From IMG/VR virus record IMGVR_UViG_3300042691_018647, positions 1 to 41,276 of that record: DNA of 41,276 nucleotides. The stretch is one strand, 5' to 3'. The translations under genes and the position numbers were made by a program. Under the pieces are notes generated by a model. The model did no database searches and had not been told where the DNA came from. It saw only the letters and a list, made by a program, of their open reading frames with translations. The DNA comes from a virus. Shown one piece after another: positions 33,572 through 41,276 of this stretch (position 1 is the stretch's first letter; every line of letters starts with the position of its first letter).

Positions 33572-34558
33572 ATGGGCATCGTCAGCAATGCGAAGCTGCA
33601 AGAGGCGTTCTCGTTGGCGCTGGAAGATCGTTCGCGTGGGTACGCCGATCTTGTCAGCAATAACAACGCCATTCTTGCGGTGATGAAGAAAAACGGCGGT
33701 TGGAAATCGTTCTCCGGCCCAACCATCCGCGAGCGGCTTCTGTATCAGGAAAGCGGTACTTATGTCCGCTACTCCGGGTACGACCCGCTCAACCCCGTCC
33801 CTGTCGAACTGTTCAACGACGCCGAGTATACGCCGAAGCTGGCAGCGGTTTCGGTCACGCTCTCCATGGAAGAAGTGCTGAAGAACTCCGGTTCTAATCA
33901 GATTATGGACATCATGGACGAGCACATGGCGGCGGCTGAACGCGAACTGATCGACCGCTTTGTCGAAGACCTCCACTCGGACGGCACCGCGACAAATCAG
34001 ATCGGCGGTCTTCAGGCGGCGGTTCCGTCCACCGTGACAAACACCTACGGCGGTATTGACCGCAACACGGTGACGGCATGGCGCACGGGTTCGTATAACG
34101 ACACCGTGGACTTTTCGGCGGCCACTTCGGCGGCGAATATTCACGATCAGTACACCCGCGTTCTTATCAACCACACTCGTGGCAAGAGCGGGCCGAACTT
34201 GATCGCGGCTTCGTCTTCGCACTTCCGATTCTTCCAGCAGGCCACGGTCGCTTTGCAGCGTGTGACCAAGGAAGGCGGCAGCGCGAGCCTTGGTTTCCCG
34301 TCGCTGGCTTTTGCCGGTGTCGGTTATGAACTCGACGTGGTGCTTGAAGGTGGGATCGGATCGGCAATGCCCGCCGACACGACCTATTTCCTTGCCCTCG
34401 GCGATCAGGGTATTCGGTTCCGCTACCATCCCGACCGTAACTTTGTTGCGTTCGGTGGCAAGCGTGCGCCGGTCAATCAGGACGCGATTGTGCAGCATAT
34501 CGGTTTCTTCGGAAACCTGACGATTGCCAATCCGCTGTTCTGCGCGAAACTCTACTAA
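33572..34558 (+). CDS. Major capsid protein
   Basis: 328 aa. It follows the scaffold gene and lies in the block that ends with the strongest terminator in the genome. The HK97-fold assignment is an inference only. Confidence 0.8.
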   Translation: MGIVSNAKLQEAFSLALEDRSRGYADLVSNNNAILAVMKKNGGWKSFSGPTIRERLLYQESGTYVRYSGYDPLNPVPVELFNDAEYTPKLAAVSVTLSMEEVLKNSGSNQIMDIMDEHMAAAERELIDRFVEDLHSDGTATNQIGGLQAAVPSTVTNTYGGIDRNTVTAWRTGSYNDTVDFSAATSAANIHDQYTRVLINHTRGKSGPNLIAASSSHFRFFQQATVALQRVTKEGGSASLGFPSLAFAGVGYELDVVLEGGIGSAMPADTTYFLALGDQGIRFRYHPDRNFVAFGGKRAPVNQDAIVQHIGFFGNLTIANPLFCAKLY

Positions 34559-34570
34559 GGAGGAACGCAT

Positions 34571-35062
34571 ATGTCTTGGCGTCCCGCTGAAAACTTCCTG
34601 ATTGCTCAGAAGATCACTGATACTTCTGACGTTCAGACCATGCCGCTTGGCACCATCATTCGGGGCGTGCACCCGACTTATGGCGCGGGCGAATTCATCT
34701 ACCTGGCAGGCGCGGCTTCCACGGCTGTTGGGACTTGGGTCACGTACAACGCAGATGACTGGTCTACGACCCGTCTTGCTGCGAACGCTATTGGCCCCGT
34801 CGCTGTCGCCATGTCGGCCTCAGTCGCGAATAACTGGGGCTGGTATCAGATCAGCGGTAAGGCTGTCGGCGCTGTCCTGACGGGCTTCGTTGATAACGCC
34901 AACGTTTACGCGACCGCCACGGCGGGCAGCGTTGACGACGCTATCGTGGCAGGCGACCGCGTAAAGGGCGCTGTCGGCGCGTCGGCTATTGGTACGCCTT
35001 CCGCTGGGCTTGCTGAGTTTGAGATTGCTCGCCCGCTCATGGATGATGGCCTCGCCGCGTAA
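34571..35062 (+). CDS. Capsid-associated protein (possible decoration/cement protein)
   Basis: Strong AAGGAGG RBS. 163 aa, lying between the capsid gene and the terminator. Confidence 0.75.
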   Translation: MSWRPAENFLIAQKITDTSDVQTMPLGTIIRGVHPTYGAGEFIYLAGAASTAVGTWVTYNADDWSTTRLAANAIGPVAVAMSASVANNWGWYQISGKAVGAVLTGFVDNANVYATATAGSVDDAIVAGDRVKGAVGASAIGTPSAGLAEFEIARPLMDDGLAA

Positions 35063-35082
35063 GTGGCTGAAAAACGACGAGA

Positions 35083-35112
35083 GGGGCGGCAATGGTGCCG
35101 CCCCTTTTTCTT
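35083..35112 (+). terminator. Rho-independent terminator after the capsid block
   Basis: GGGGCGGCA-ATGG-TGCCGCCCC (9-bp GC stem) followed by TTTTTCTT. Confidence 0.85.
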
Positions 35113-35133
35113 GACCCAAGGAAACCCCGCGAC

Positions 35134-35811
35134 ATGGCCTCAAACGCCCGCGACTTCTCCAAATCGTGGCCTCAGTTTTATGTTGAGGCAATCGAACTTA
35201 AAGCCGAAAGCGAACGCGCCGGACGCGCCATCTTCGAGGATCGCGAGTTTGTCCGCATCCTCGTCCCCGGCGACCGCCTGTTGAACGTCGTTCATCAGGT
35301 CACACCAGAAATCATTGATCGTTTCCCCGAAGCATACGCGCGCTGGAAGGCCAATCAGTCTGAGAGCGTCATCGGCACGCCGCTTGAGCAGTGGCCGCCT
35401 GTCACCAAAGCCCGCGCTTACGAATTGAAGGCGATAAACATCCGCACCGTTGAGGAATTGGCGGGCATCCCGGACGGCGTTCTTGCCAATCTCGGCATGG
35501 GTGGCCGGGAACTTCGCGCCAAGGCGCAGGCATGGATTGCGGCGGCCTCTGGCAACGCGCAGGCCGGTGCTATGGCGGCAGAGAATGAAGCCCTTAAGCA
35601 GCGCCTTGCGGCCTTGGAAGATGCCATCGCCCGCATGGTTGCAGCGCCCCCTGCCCCGACTGAAGAGCGCAACATCGACGAACTGAGCGACAAGGAATTG
35701 CGCGACTACATCAAGCAACAGTCTGGCGTTTCGGCTCCGCCAAACGCGAAGCGTGACTGGCTGATTGAGCGCGCAACCCAGATCGCCAACGGAATGACTG
35801 AGGCTGCCTGA
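35134..35811 (+). CDS. Virion protein (225 aa), possible head-tail connector component
   Basis: ATG 35134 has AAGGAAA upstream. The ORF-track start at 35092 lies inside the terminator hairpin. Confidence 0.75.
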   Translation: MASNARDFSKSWPQFYVEAIELKAESERAGRAIFEDREFVRILVPGDRLLNVVHQVTPEIIDRFPEAYARWKANQSESVIGTPLEQWPPVTKARAYELKAINIRTVEELAGIPDGVLANLGMGGRELRAKAQAWIAAASGNAQAGAMAAENEALKQRLAALEDAIARMVAAPPAPTEERNIDELSDKELRDYIKQQSGVSAPPNAKRDWLIERATQIANGMTEAA

Positions 35812-36503
35812 TGACGATCCTGAGCGCCGTTCAATCCGCCGCTGTTAGGCTTATCGGCTCCAGGCCGAGTGCTGTTTTTTCAGCGACGGACGCGACGGCG
35901 CTCCAATTTCAGGATTTGGCAATCGAAAGCGCCACCGCCATCGCCAAGGCGCACGATTGGCGCGAATTGACATCACTTGCCACTATCGTTGGCGATGGAA
36001 CGACGGAAAGTTTCGCGCTCCCGACCGATTTTGACCGGATGAAGCGCGAGACGGGCGTTTATGTGGACAACACCATTCGCCAAATCCAGCCCGCGCAGGA
36101 CATGGATCACTGGCTACAGTTTGTTGTGAATGACATTGTTGGTACGCCGGGTTTCTGGATTATTTTTGGCGGGCAAATCCATATCAAGCAGGCGCTTACC
36201 GCGACGGAAACCGCGAAATACTACTACCAATCGACAAAGATTTTCGAGACGGGAGGCACGCCGACAGCGTCATTGACGGCAGATACGCAGACCTTCCGGC
36301 TGTCCGAACGTCTTTTGACCCTTGATATGATCTGGCGTTGGCGAGCGCGTAAAGGCCTCGACTACGCGCAGGACAAGGCGAACTTTGACCTTGCGTTCGG
36401 CGAAGAGGCAGGACGCGACCGTGGCGCGCGAATGCTGGCAATGGGACGCCGCCGCTATGCGTCCGGCGTTGACTTCGCCTATCCCAAGCAGATCACGCCA
36501 TGA
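35811..36503 (+). CDS. Tail/adaptor protein (230 aa)
   Basis: TGATG-coupled. Function inferred from position only. Confidence 0.75.
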   Translation: MTILSAVQSAAVRLIGSRPSAVFSATDATALQFQDLAIESATAIAKAHDWRELTSLATIVGDGTTESFALPTDFDRMKRETGVYVDNTIRQIQPAQDMDHWLQFVVNDIVGTPGFWIIFGGQIHIKQALTATETAKYYYQSTKIFETGGTPTASLTADTQTFRLSERLLTLDMIWRWRARKGLDYAQDKANFDLAFGEEAGRDRGARMLAMGRRRYASGVDFAYPKQITP

Positions 36504-38071
36504 TGCAATCCATACAGGCGGCGGTGCAGCGATCCGCTAGGCGCGTTGCCAAGACGAAGACGTTCCCCGCCCCTACGCGCGGCTGGATTCGGAACGAGAA
36601 TTTGTTGTCTCCCGGCGTTGCGGGCGCGTCGCTTTTGGATAACTGGATACCGCTTGAAAAGGCGGTACGGATGCGCGCGGGCCGCACGAAATACGCAACG
36701 ATTGGTTCGGGAGCACAGTGCACCGCCATCATGTCCTGGGCGTCTGGTGGAACTGAAAAGCTGTTCGGCGCGTCGTCTTCCGGCATTTACGACATTACGA
36801 CCGTTGCCGATCCGAACGCCTCGCCAAGTGTCGCGCAGGCGATGACGGCAGACACCTATTCGTGGACACAGTTTACCAACGCGGCCGGGTCATGGCTGAT
36901 CGTCGCCAATGGCGTTGATGATGTGGTGCGATACAACGGCACGTCATGGACCGGCACGAGCGGCATAACAGGCGTTTCGGGCGCCGATCTTTCGGCGGTG
37001 TGGAGTTTTAAGGCGCGGCTTTGGTTCGCGCAAAAATCGACCTTGGATGCGTGGTACTTGGGCCTTGATGCGATCACCGGGGCGGCTACCAAACTGCCCC
37101 TCGGTGGCATCTTCCGCGATGGTGGTTCGCTCCTGTTCGGCACGTCGATTTCAATCGATGCTGGCGATGGGATCGACGACAAGCTGGTTTTCGTCACGGA
37201 TCGTGGGGAAGTCGCGGTTTACACAGGCACCGACCCGGCTTCTATCTCGCTGGAGGGCATTTACCGGATTGGCGAACCGCTCGGAAACCGCGCCTTCATG
37301 CGGGCGGGCGGCGACGTGCTGATTGCAACGGTTGACGGCGTGATCCCGCTTTCTGCCGCGTTGCAGACGGATAGCGCAGTTATCGCCACAAAAGCGCTTT
37401 CATTCCCGATTGAGGAAGAATGGCGCAAGGAAGTGGAGCGGCGCTCCACGGAACGCTGGCAGATGGCCATTTGGCCGCAAGGGCAGATCGCGCTTGTCGC
37501 CATGCCATCGGCGGCAGACAGGCCCAAACGCTGTTTCGTCGTGAATATCAGAACCGGCGCTTGGGCGCGGTGGACGAACCACGACACCGAGTGCGTCGCG
37601 TTCTTCGACGGGCGAATGTTTATAGGGTCAAGTGACGGGACTGTTTCGACCGTCAATGATGGCATCACAGACAACGGCGAAAGCTATACGGCTGTTTTCA
37701 TCGGCCTGTTTGAAGATTGCCGCGCGATGGGCGCATACAAGGTCGCCAGCACGGCGCGGCCAACGTTCCTGACGAATTATTTCACAAATGCCCAAGTCAC
37801 CGTGAACGGCGACTATGATTTGACGCTCCCAACGGCCCCGTCGGGCGGCTCCGCAATTATCGGATCCGCTCTTTGGGGAAGCGCTCTTTGGGGAACCGGG
37901 ACTTGGGGCAGCGACGAAGACGACCAAACACGCGAGGCGATTTGGCAGACGGTCGCAGGCGAAGGAACGATGCTCGCGCCGCTCGTTCAGATCACCGGCG
38001 GCGTTGTTATCCCAATTGTCGATCTTCTGTCGGTCGACGTGGTTTTTGAAGTCGGGGACGTGCTCGTTTGA
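36500..38071 (+). CDS. Tail protein (523 aa)
   Basis: ATGATG coupling. It is the largest structural gene between the capsid and fibre genes. It contains an SALWG SALWG duplication. Confidence 0.8.
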   Translation: MMQSIQAAVQRSARRVAKTKTFPAPTRGWIRNENLLSPGVAGASLLDNWIPLEKAVRMRAGRTKYATIGSGAQCTAIMSWASGGTEKLFGASSSGIYDITTVADPNASPSVAQAMTADTYSWTQFTNAAGSWLIVANGVDDVVRYNGTSWTGTSGITGVSGADLSAVWSFKARLWFAQKSTLDAWYLGLDAITGAATKLPLGGIFRDGGSLLFGTSISIDAGDGIDDKLVFVTDRGEVAVYTGTDPASISLEGIYRIGEPLGNRAFMRAGGDVLIATVDGVIPLSAALQTDSAVIATKALSFPIEEEWRKEVERRSTERWQMAIWPQGQIALVAMPSAADRPKRCFVVNIRTGAWARWTNHDTECVAFFDGRMFIGSSDGTVSTVNDGITDNGESYTAVFIGLFEDCRAMGAYKVASTARPTFLTNYFTNAQVTVNGDYDLTLPTAPSGGSAIIGSALWGSALWGTGTWGSDEDDQTREAIWQTVAGEGTMLAPLVQITGGVVIPIVDLLSVDVVFEVGDVLV

Positions 38072-38514
38072 CCGGGTTTGTCACGGTTGGCCGCGTCCTG
38101 TTCGGAGCGGATCAAATCGTTGCCGAATGGGTGGTTGATCGGCTTCCTGAACTTGTAAGCGTTCCTGACAAGATGGCCGCGCTTGGTGTTCTTGACCAGA
38201 CAGGAACGCTGATTGGCGGCGTCATCTATCACGATCAGCGTGGAGCGGACATCACCGTTTCTATAGCGGCCTCGTCGCCACGATGGGCGTTGCCGGACAC
38301 GATGGCGACGTTGTTTCAATATCCGTTCGGCCAACTTGGTTTGCGGCGGATCACGTGCCTTGTGGCCGAAAGCAACAGGCGCTCGGCGCGGTTCTGTGAG
38401 GGCTTGGGCTTCGTCCCGGAAGGGCGGCTCCGGGAAGGCGCACCGGACGGTTCAGACATGTTTATCTTCGGCCTTTTGGCGCGAGACTGCAAATATCTTC
38501 GGAGGCTGGCATGA
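38068..38514 (+). CDS. GNAT-family N-acetyltransferase embedded in the tail module
   Basis: GLRRITCLVAESNRRSARFCEGLGFVPEGRLRE....GSDMFIFGLL matches the RimJ/RimL-like GNAT C-terminal pattern. It has a TTG start overlapping the upstream stop (TTGA) and an ATGA overlap downstream. Confidence 0.8.
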   Translation: MTGFVTVGRVLFGADQIVAEWVVDRLPELVSVPDKMAALGVLDQTGTLIGGVIYHDQRGADITVSIAASSPRWALPDTMATLFQYPFGQLGLRRITCLVAESNRRSARFCEGLGFVPEGRLREGAPDGSDMFIFGLLARDCKYLRRLA

Positions 38515-39599
38515 GTAAAGGCGGAAGCGCACCAAAAGCGCCCGATCCCTACGCGACAGCAGCGGCGCAAGGCGCGGCCAATCGTGAAACGGCCATTACG
38601 CAGGCCGGGTTGAATATGGTCAATCAGGTGACTCCGAACGGCTCCCTGACCTATTCCGAAAACGGCAAGTGGTCGGACGGCACGCCGCGCTTTACCGCCA
38701 CCTCTGCGCTATCGCCGACCGGGCAGCAATTGCAGGGCTTGAACGATCAAACGCAGGTGCAACTTGCCACGGCAAGCCGCGACCAGTCGCAACGCCTTGG
38801 TGGTTTGCTTGGTACGCCGGTCAACTTTGACAGCGCCGCGCCGATGCGCACGTCGTTTGGCGCAAATGATTTCTCAGCAGATCGGCAGCGCGTCGAACAG
38901 GCGCTTTTTGACCGCTTGACCCCACAAATGGACCGTCGCCGAGATCAGCTTGAAACGCAGCTTCGGAACCAAGGTTTTGCGCGCGGATCGGCTGGCTGGA
39001 ACCAAGGCATGGACGATTACAACCGCGAAACGAACGACTTGCGGCTTGCTACAGTGGCTCAGGGTGGTTCGGAACAGTCTCGCCTTGCGGGACTCGATCA
39101 GGCTCAAGCGTCGTTCCAGAACAACGCGCGCTCGCAGCGGATTGCAGAAATCCTGCAACAGCGCAATCAACCGATCAACGAGACGACGGCGCTCATGTCC
39201 GGCTCGCAGGTCAGTGGGCCGAACCTTGTGTCAACACCGCAAACGGGTGTCGGCGGCGTCGATCTGCAAGGCCAAATCAATTCGAACTATCAAAACCAAT
39301 TGAATGCTTACAACCAAAACCGGCAAGCGACCATGGGGGGCCTGTTCGGCGTAGGCGGCTCAATCGCAGGTGCCTTGCCGTGGGGTTCGATGTTCTCGGA
39401 GCGGACATTGAAGGAATGCGTGCGGCTTTTGACACGGCTGCGCAACGGGATCGGCGTTTACGCTTATCGCTATGTTGGCGGCGTTCAGGATCGTATCGGC
39501 GTCATGGTGGACGAAGTGGCGGCCATCTTGCCGGAAGCCATCATCAGCGCGGGCGGTCGTTCGGCGGTCAATTACTCGGAGGTTCGTAAATGGCTTTGA
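38511..39599 (+). CDS. Tail fibre/needle-like protein with a C-terminal S74 intramolecular-chaperone (self-cleaving) domain
   Basis: The C-terminus FSERTLKECV..L..L.....Y.Y......RIGVMVDEVAAILPEAI......VNY fits the endosialidase-chaperone (Peptidase_S74) pattern. The body is Gln/Asn-rich. Confidence 0.8.
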   Translation: MSKGGSAPKAPDPYATAAAQGAANRETAITQAGLNMVNQVTPNGSLTYSENGKWSDGTPRFTATSALSPTGQQLQGLNDQTQVQLATASRDQSQRLGGLLGTPVNFDSAAPMRTSFGANDFSADRQRVEQALFDRLTPQMDRRRDQLETQLRNQGFARGSAGWNQGMDDYNRETNDLRLATVAQGGSEQSRLAGLDQAQASFQNNARSQRIAEILQQRNQPINETTALMSGSQVSGPNLVSTPQTGVGGVDLQGQINSNYQNQLNAYNQNRQATMGGLFGVGGSIAGALPWGSMFSERTLKECVRLLTRLRNGIGVYAYRYVGGVQDRIGVMVDEVAAILPEAIISAGGRSAVNYSEVRKWL

Positions 39600-40795
39600 A
39601 CATGCCTTCGACCCCGTTCTTTTGGGATGCCAGCGGCGCGAAAATGTCGCCGGATGAGGTAAAGCGCAAGCGCCGCATTGCCGATGCCATGATTGAAAAG
39701 GGGGCCGACTATTCCCCTATCGTGTCGCCTTGGCAGGGCGTGGCGCGCATCGCAAACGCTATCAGCGGAAAGTATCAGTCCGACGTTGCCGACATGGCAG
39801 AAACGAACGGGCGCAAGCAGACATCCGAAGATATTGCCGCAATGTTTGGCGACGGCAAGCAGCCCGATCTTGGGACGGTGATGCAAAAGCAGGCCGAAAA
39901 CCCTTGGGGCGGCGAAATGTACGCGCCGATCGCGAACGCGCTTTTGGAACGGCAGATGGAAGACCCTGCAATTCGTCAGGCGCGCCAATTGCAATTGCAA
40001 AAGGCGCAGCTTGAACTTGAGCAGATGCGCAATCCGGTGCGCAAGCGCGATTGGGGCGTGATCGGCCAAGACGCTTACGGGAACAATCAATACGGCTGGA
40101 TTGACGAGCGGGGCGGCACGATTGAGCCGTACCAGATGCCGCAGGCAGCGCAGCCCGCGACGGGCGCGCAGGTCGCATCGCCAATGGAAATCCCGCCTGC
40201 GCCTCCCGGCACTGATCCGAAGGTTTGGCGTCAAAAATACACCGAAATGGCAGCGGCGGAAGCTGAGCGGGCGCGTTCTGCCGAACGTCAGAAAAAAGCG
40301 TCCGATGTTACAAACAATGTTGTGGTGCAAGACATTGATCGGATTTTGGCGATTGGCGACGAGGCGGCGAATGACCCGCTAAGCCCGGACGTGGATAATT
40401 GGGTAGCGGGTCTAATCCCTGGCAGCGCGGTGAACCGCATTTCCGGCCTGTTGCCTTCGATTGAGGCCAATACCTCATTTGAGACGTTGCAACAGATGCG
40501 GACAAATTCACCGACGGGCGGCGCTTTGGGCGCGGTGTCGGAGGGAGAAATGAAGCTCCTGCAATCTACTAAAGGCGCGCTTCGCACGGCATTAGAGGCC
40601 AAGAATTACGACGATTTCAAATTCAACATGCGCCGCCTGAAAAACATTACGCTCGACATTATCCACGGCCCCGGCAACGGGCCGACGCGCGAGGATTTGA
40701 GCAAGCCTAGTGGATTGACGCAGGGCGGCGGTGCTGAAGCGTTGACCGCCGATCAAATCCTTGAAGAACTCCGTCGCCGTGGTGTCGCGCAATGA
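39590..40795 (+). CDS. Putative internal virion protein (401 aa)
   Basis: Coupled ORF. No domain recognised. Confidence 0.75.
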   Translation: MALNMPSTPFFWDASGAKMSPDEVKRKRRIADAMIEKGADYSPIVSPWQGVARIANAISGKYQSDVADMAETNGRKQTSEDIAAMFGDGKQPDLGTVMQKQAENPWGGEMYAPIANALLERQMEDPAIRQARQLQLQKAQLELEQMRNPVRKRDWGVIGQDAYGNNQYGWIDERGGTIEPYQMPQAAQPATGAQVASPMEIPPAPPGTDPKVWRQKYTEMAAAEAERARSAERQKKASDVTNNVVVQDIDRILAIGDEAANDPLSPDVDNWVAGLIPGSAVNRISGLLPSIEANTSFETLQQMRTNSPTGGALGAVSEGEMKLLQSTKGALRTALEAKNYDDFKFNMRRLKNITLDIIHGPGNGPTREDLSKPSGLTQGGGAEALTADQILEELRRRGVAQ

Positions 40796-41276
40796 CCGAT
40801 TTGTCATCGCTTTCAACGGAACAGCTTCTTGATTTGCTCAAGCGCAAGAGCGCGGCGGATTCCATGCCCAAGCCGCCCAAAGGCGTCATCATCCACGGCG
40901 GCGATGGTAAATCCTATTCCGCGTCCGATCCGTCAATCAGCGTTGAGCGCTCGCAGTCTATCGCAGGCAACGCCGATGAAGGCCGCGCGCAGATGGCGGA
41001 ACAAGAGGCTTTGCGCCGTCGTGCCAGCGGGCAAGATTTCGGGGCTGCGCGGGCGGCAATGCCGTTTTATCAGGGCGTCAGCATGGGCGGGGGCGATGAG
41101 GTCGCTTCCGCAGCGGCGGCGCTTACTCAGCCCGGAACCTTTGGCGACAATTACGCCGTCAATCAAGAAATGCAGCGGCAGGAATTGGCGCGCGAGCGAA
41201 AAGAAAACCCCGTTCGATCAATCGCCGGTGAAGTGGCGGGCGGTCTTGCGACGGGTATCGCGGCGTCGGCGGGGGC
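40792..41276 (+). CDS. 5' part of the wrap-around gene continued at 2..1624
   Basis: ATG 40792 has an ATGA overlap with the upstream stop. The frame stays open to the window end, and it is in frame with 26..1624 through the 69-bp overlap. Confidence 0.8.
   Translation, partial: MTDLSSLSTEQLLDLLKRKSAADSMPKPPKGVIIHGGDGKSYSASDPSISVERSQSIAGNADEGRAQMAEQEALRRRASGQDFGAARAAMPFYQGVSMGGGDEVASAAAALTQPGTFGDNYAVNQEMQRQELARERKENPVRSIAGEVAGGLATGIAASAG
41208..41276. repeat. Terminal overlap copy 2, identical to 1..69
   Basis: Same 69-mer as at 1..69. Confidence 0.95.

Noticed and set aside
37855-37900. Short direct repeat encoding SALWG SALWG (GTGTWG) in the 523-aa tail protein.
   Set aside because: It is a two-copy 15-bp in-frame duplication inside a clear CDS. 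It is too small to interpret beyond ordinary slippage.

Overview
The window is a complete, circularly closed temperate phage genome. Positions 1..69 are identical to 41208..41276, so the unit length is 41,207 bp, and the junction lies inside a gene. The sequence is high-GC and the host is probably alphaproteobacterial (inference).

Layout:
- Plus strand, 40792 (wrapping) to 7495: internal-virion and tail-fibre genes, then a lysis cassette (SleB-like hydrolase, GH19 endolysin, holin-like proteins).
- Minus strand, 17413 down to 7395: one long leftward early operon of tightly ATGA/TGATG-coupled genes. It holds the CI-like repressor, small unknowns, ERF annealase, YqaJ exonuclease, HNH, ASCH-like protein, tyrosine integrase and an Ea22-like protein. 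An attP carrying the 3' ~50 nt of a tRNA-Pro(GGG) gene, flanked by GTTACA arm repeats, sits inside this operon.
- Plus strand, 17491 to 22838: rightward early genes. These are Cro-like HTH, an envelope-targeted mini-cluster, a protein with an SSB-tip motif, a DnaA-domain-IV-like initiator, RusA and a beta-class DNA methyltransferase.
- 22839..24051: an A/T-richer accessory island.
- 24052 onward: TerS-like, TerL, portal, nine unknown virion genes (including a tandem paralogue pair), scaffold, major capsid, a strong terminator, tail genes, an embedded GNAT acetyltransferase and a fibre with an S74 self-cleaving chaperone domain. I saw no tail tube or tape-measure gene, which suggests a podovirus-like virion.

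The most unusual items are below the 60-aa cutoff of the ORF track or are non-coding:
- a 19-unit hexanucleotide array that can encode a 47-aa Gly-Tyr/Gly-Asp/Gly-Ser dipeptide-repeat peptide;
- a 25-aa hydrophobic micro-ORF bridging two genes exactly;
- a cro-linked cluster of two tiny membrane proteins and a twin-arginine-signal protein;
- two antisense morons bracketing the tail-fibre cassette;
- an operator-bearing promoter, small gene and HTH locus (acr-aca-like architecture) with an orphan minus-oriented terminator;
- matched PL/PR promoter-operator geometry.

All functional calls come from reading motifs by eye. No database search was run.
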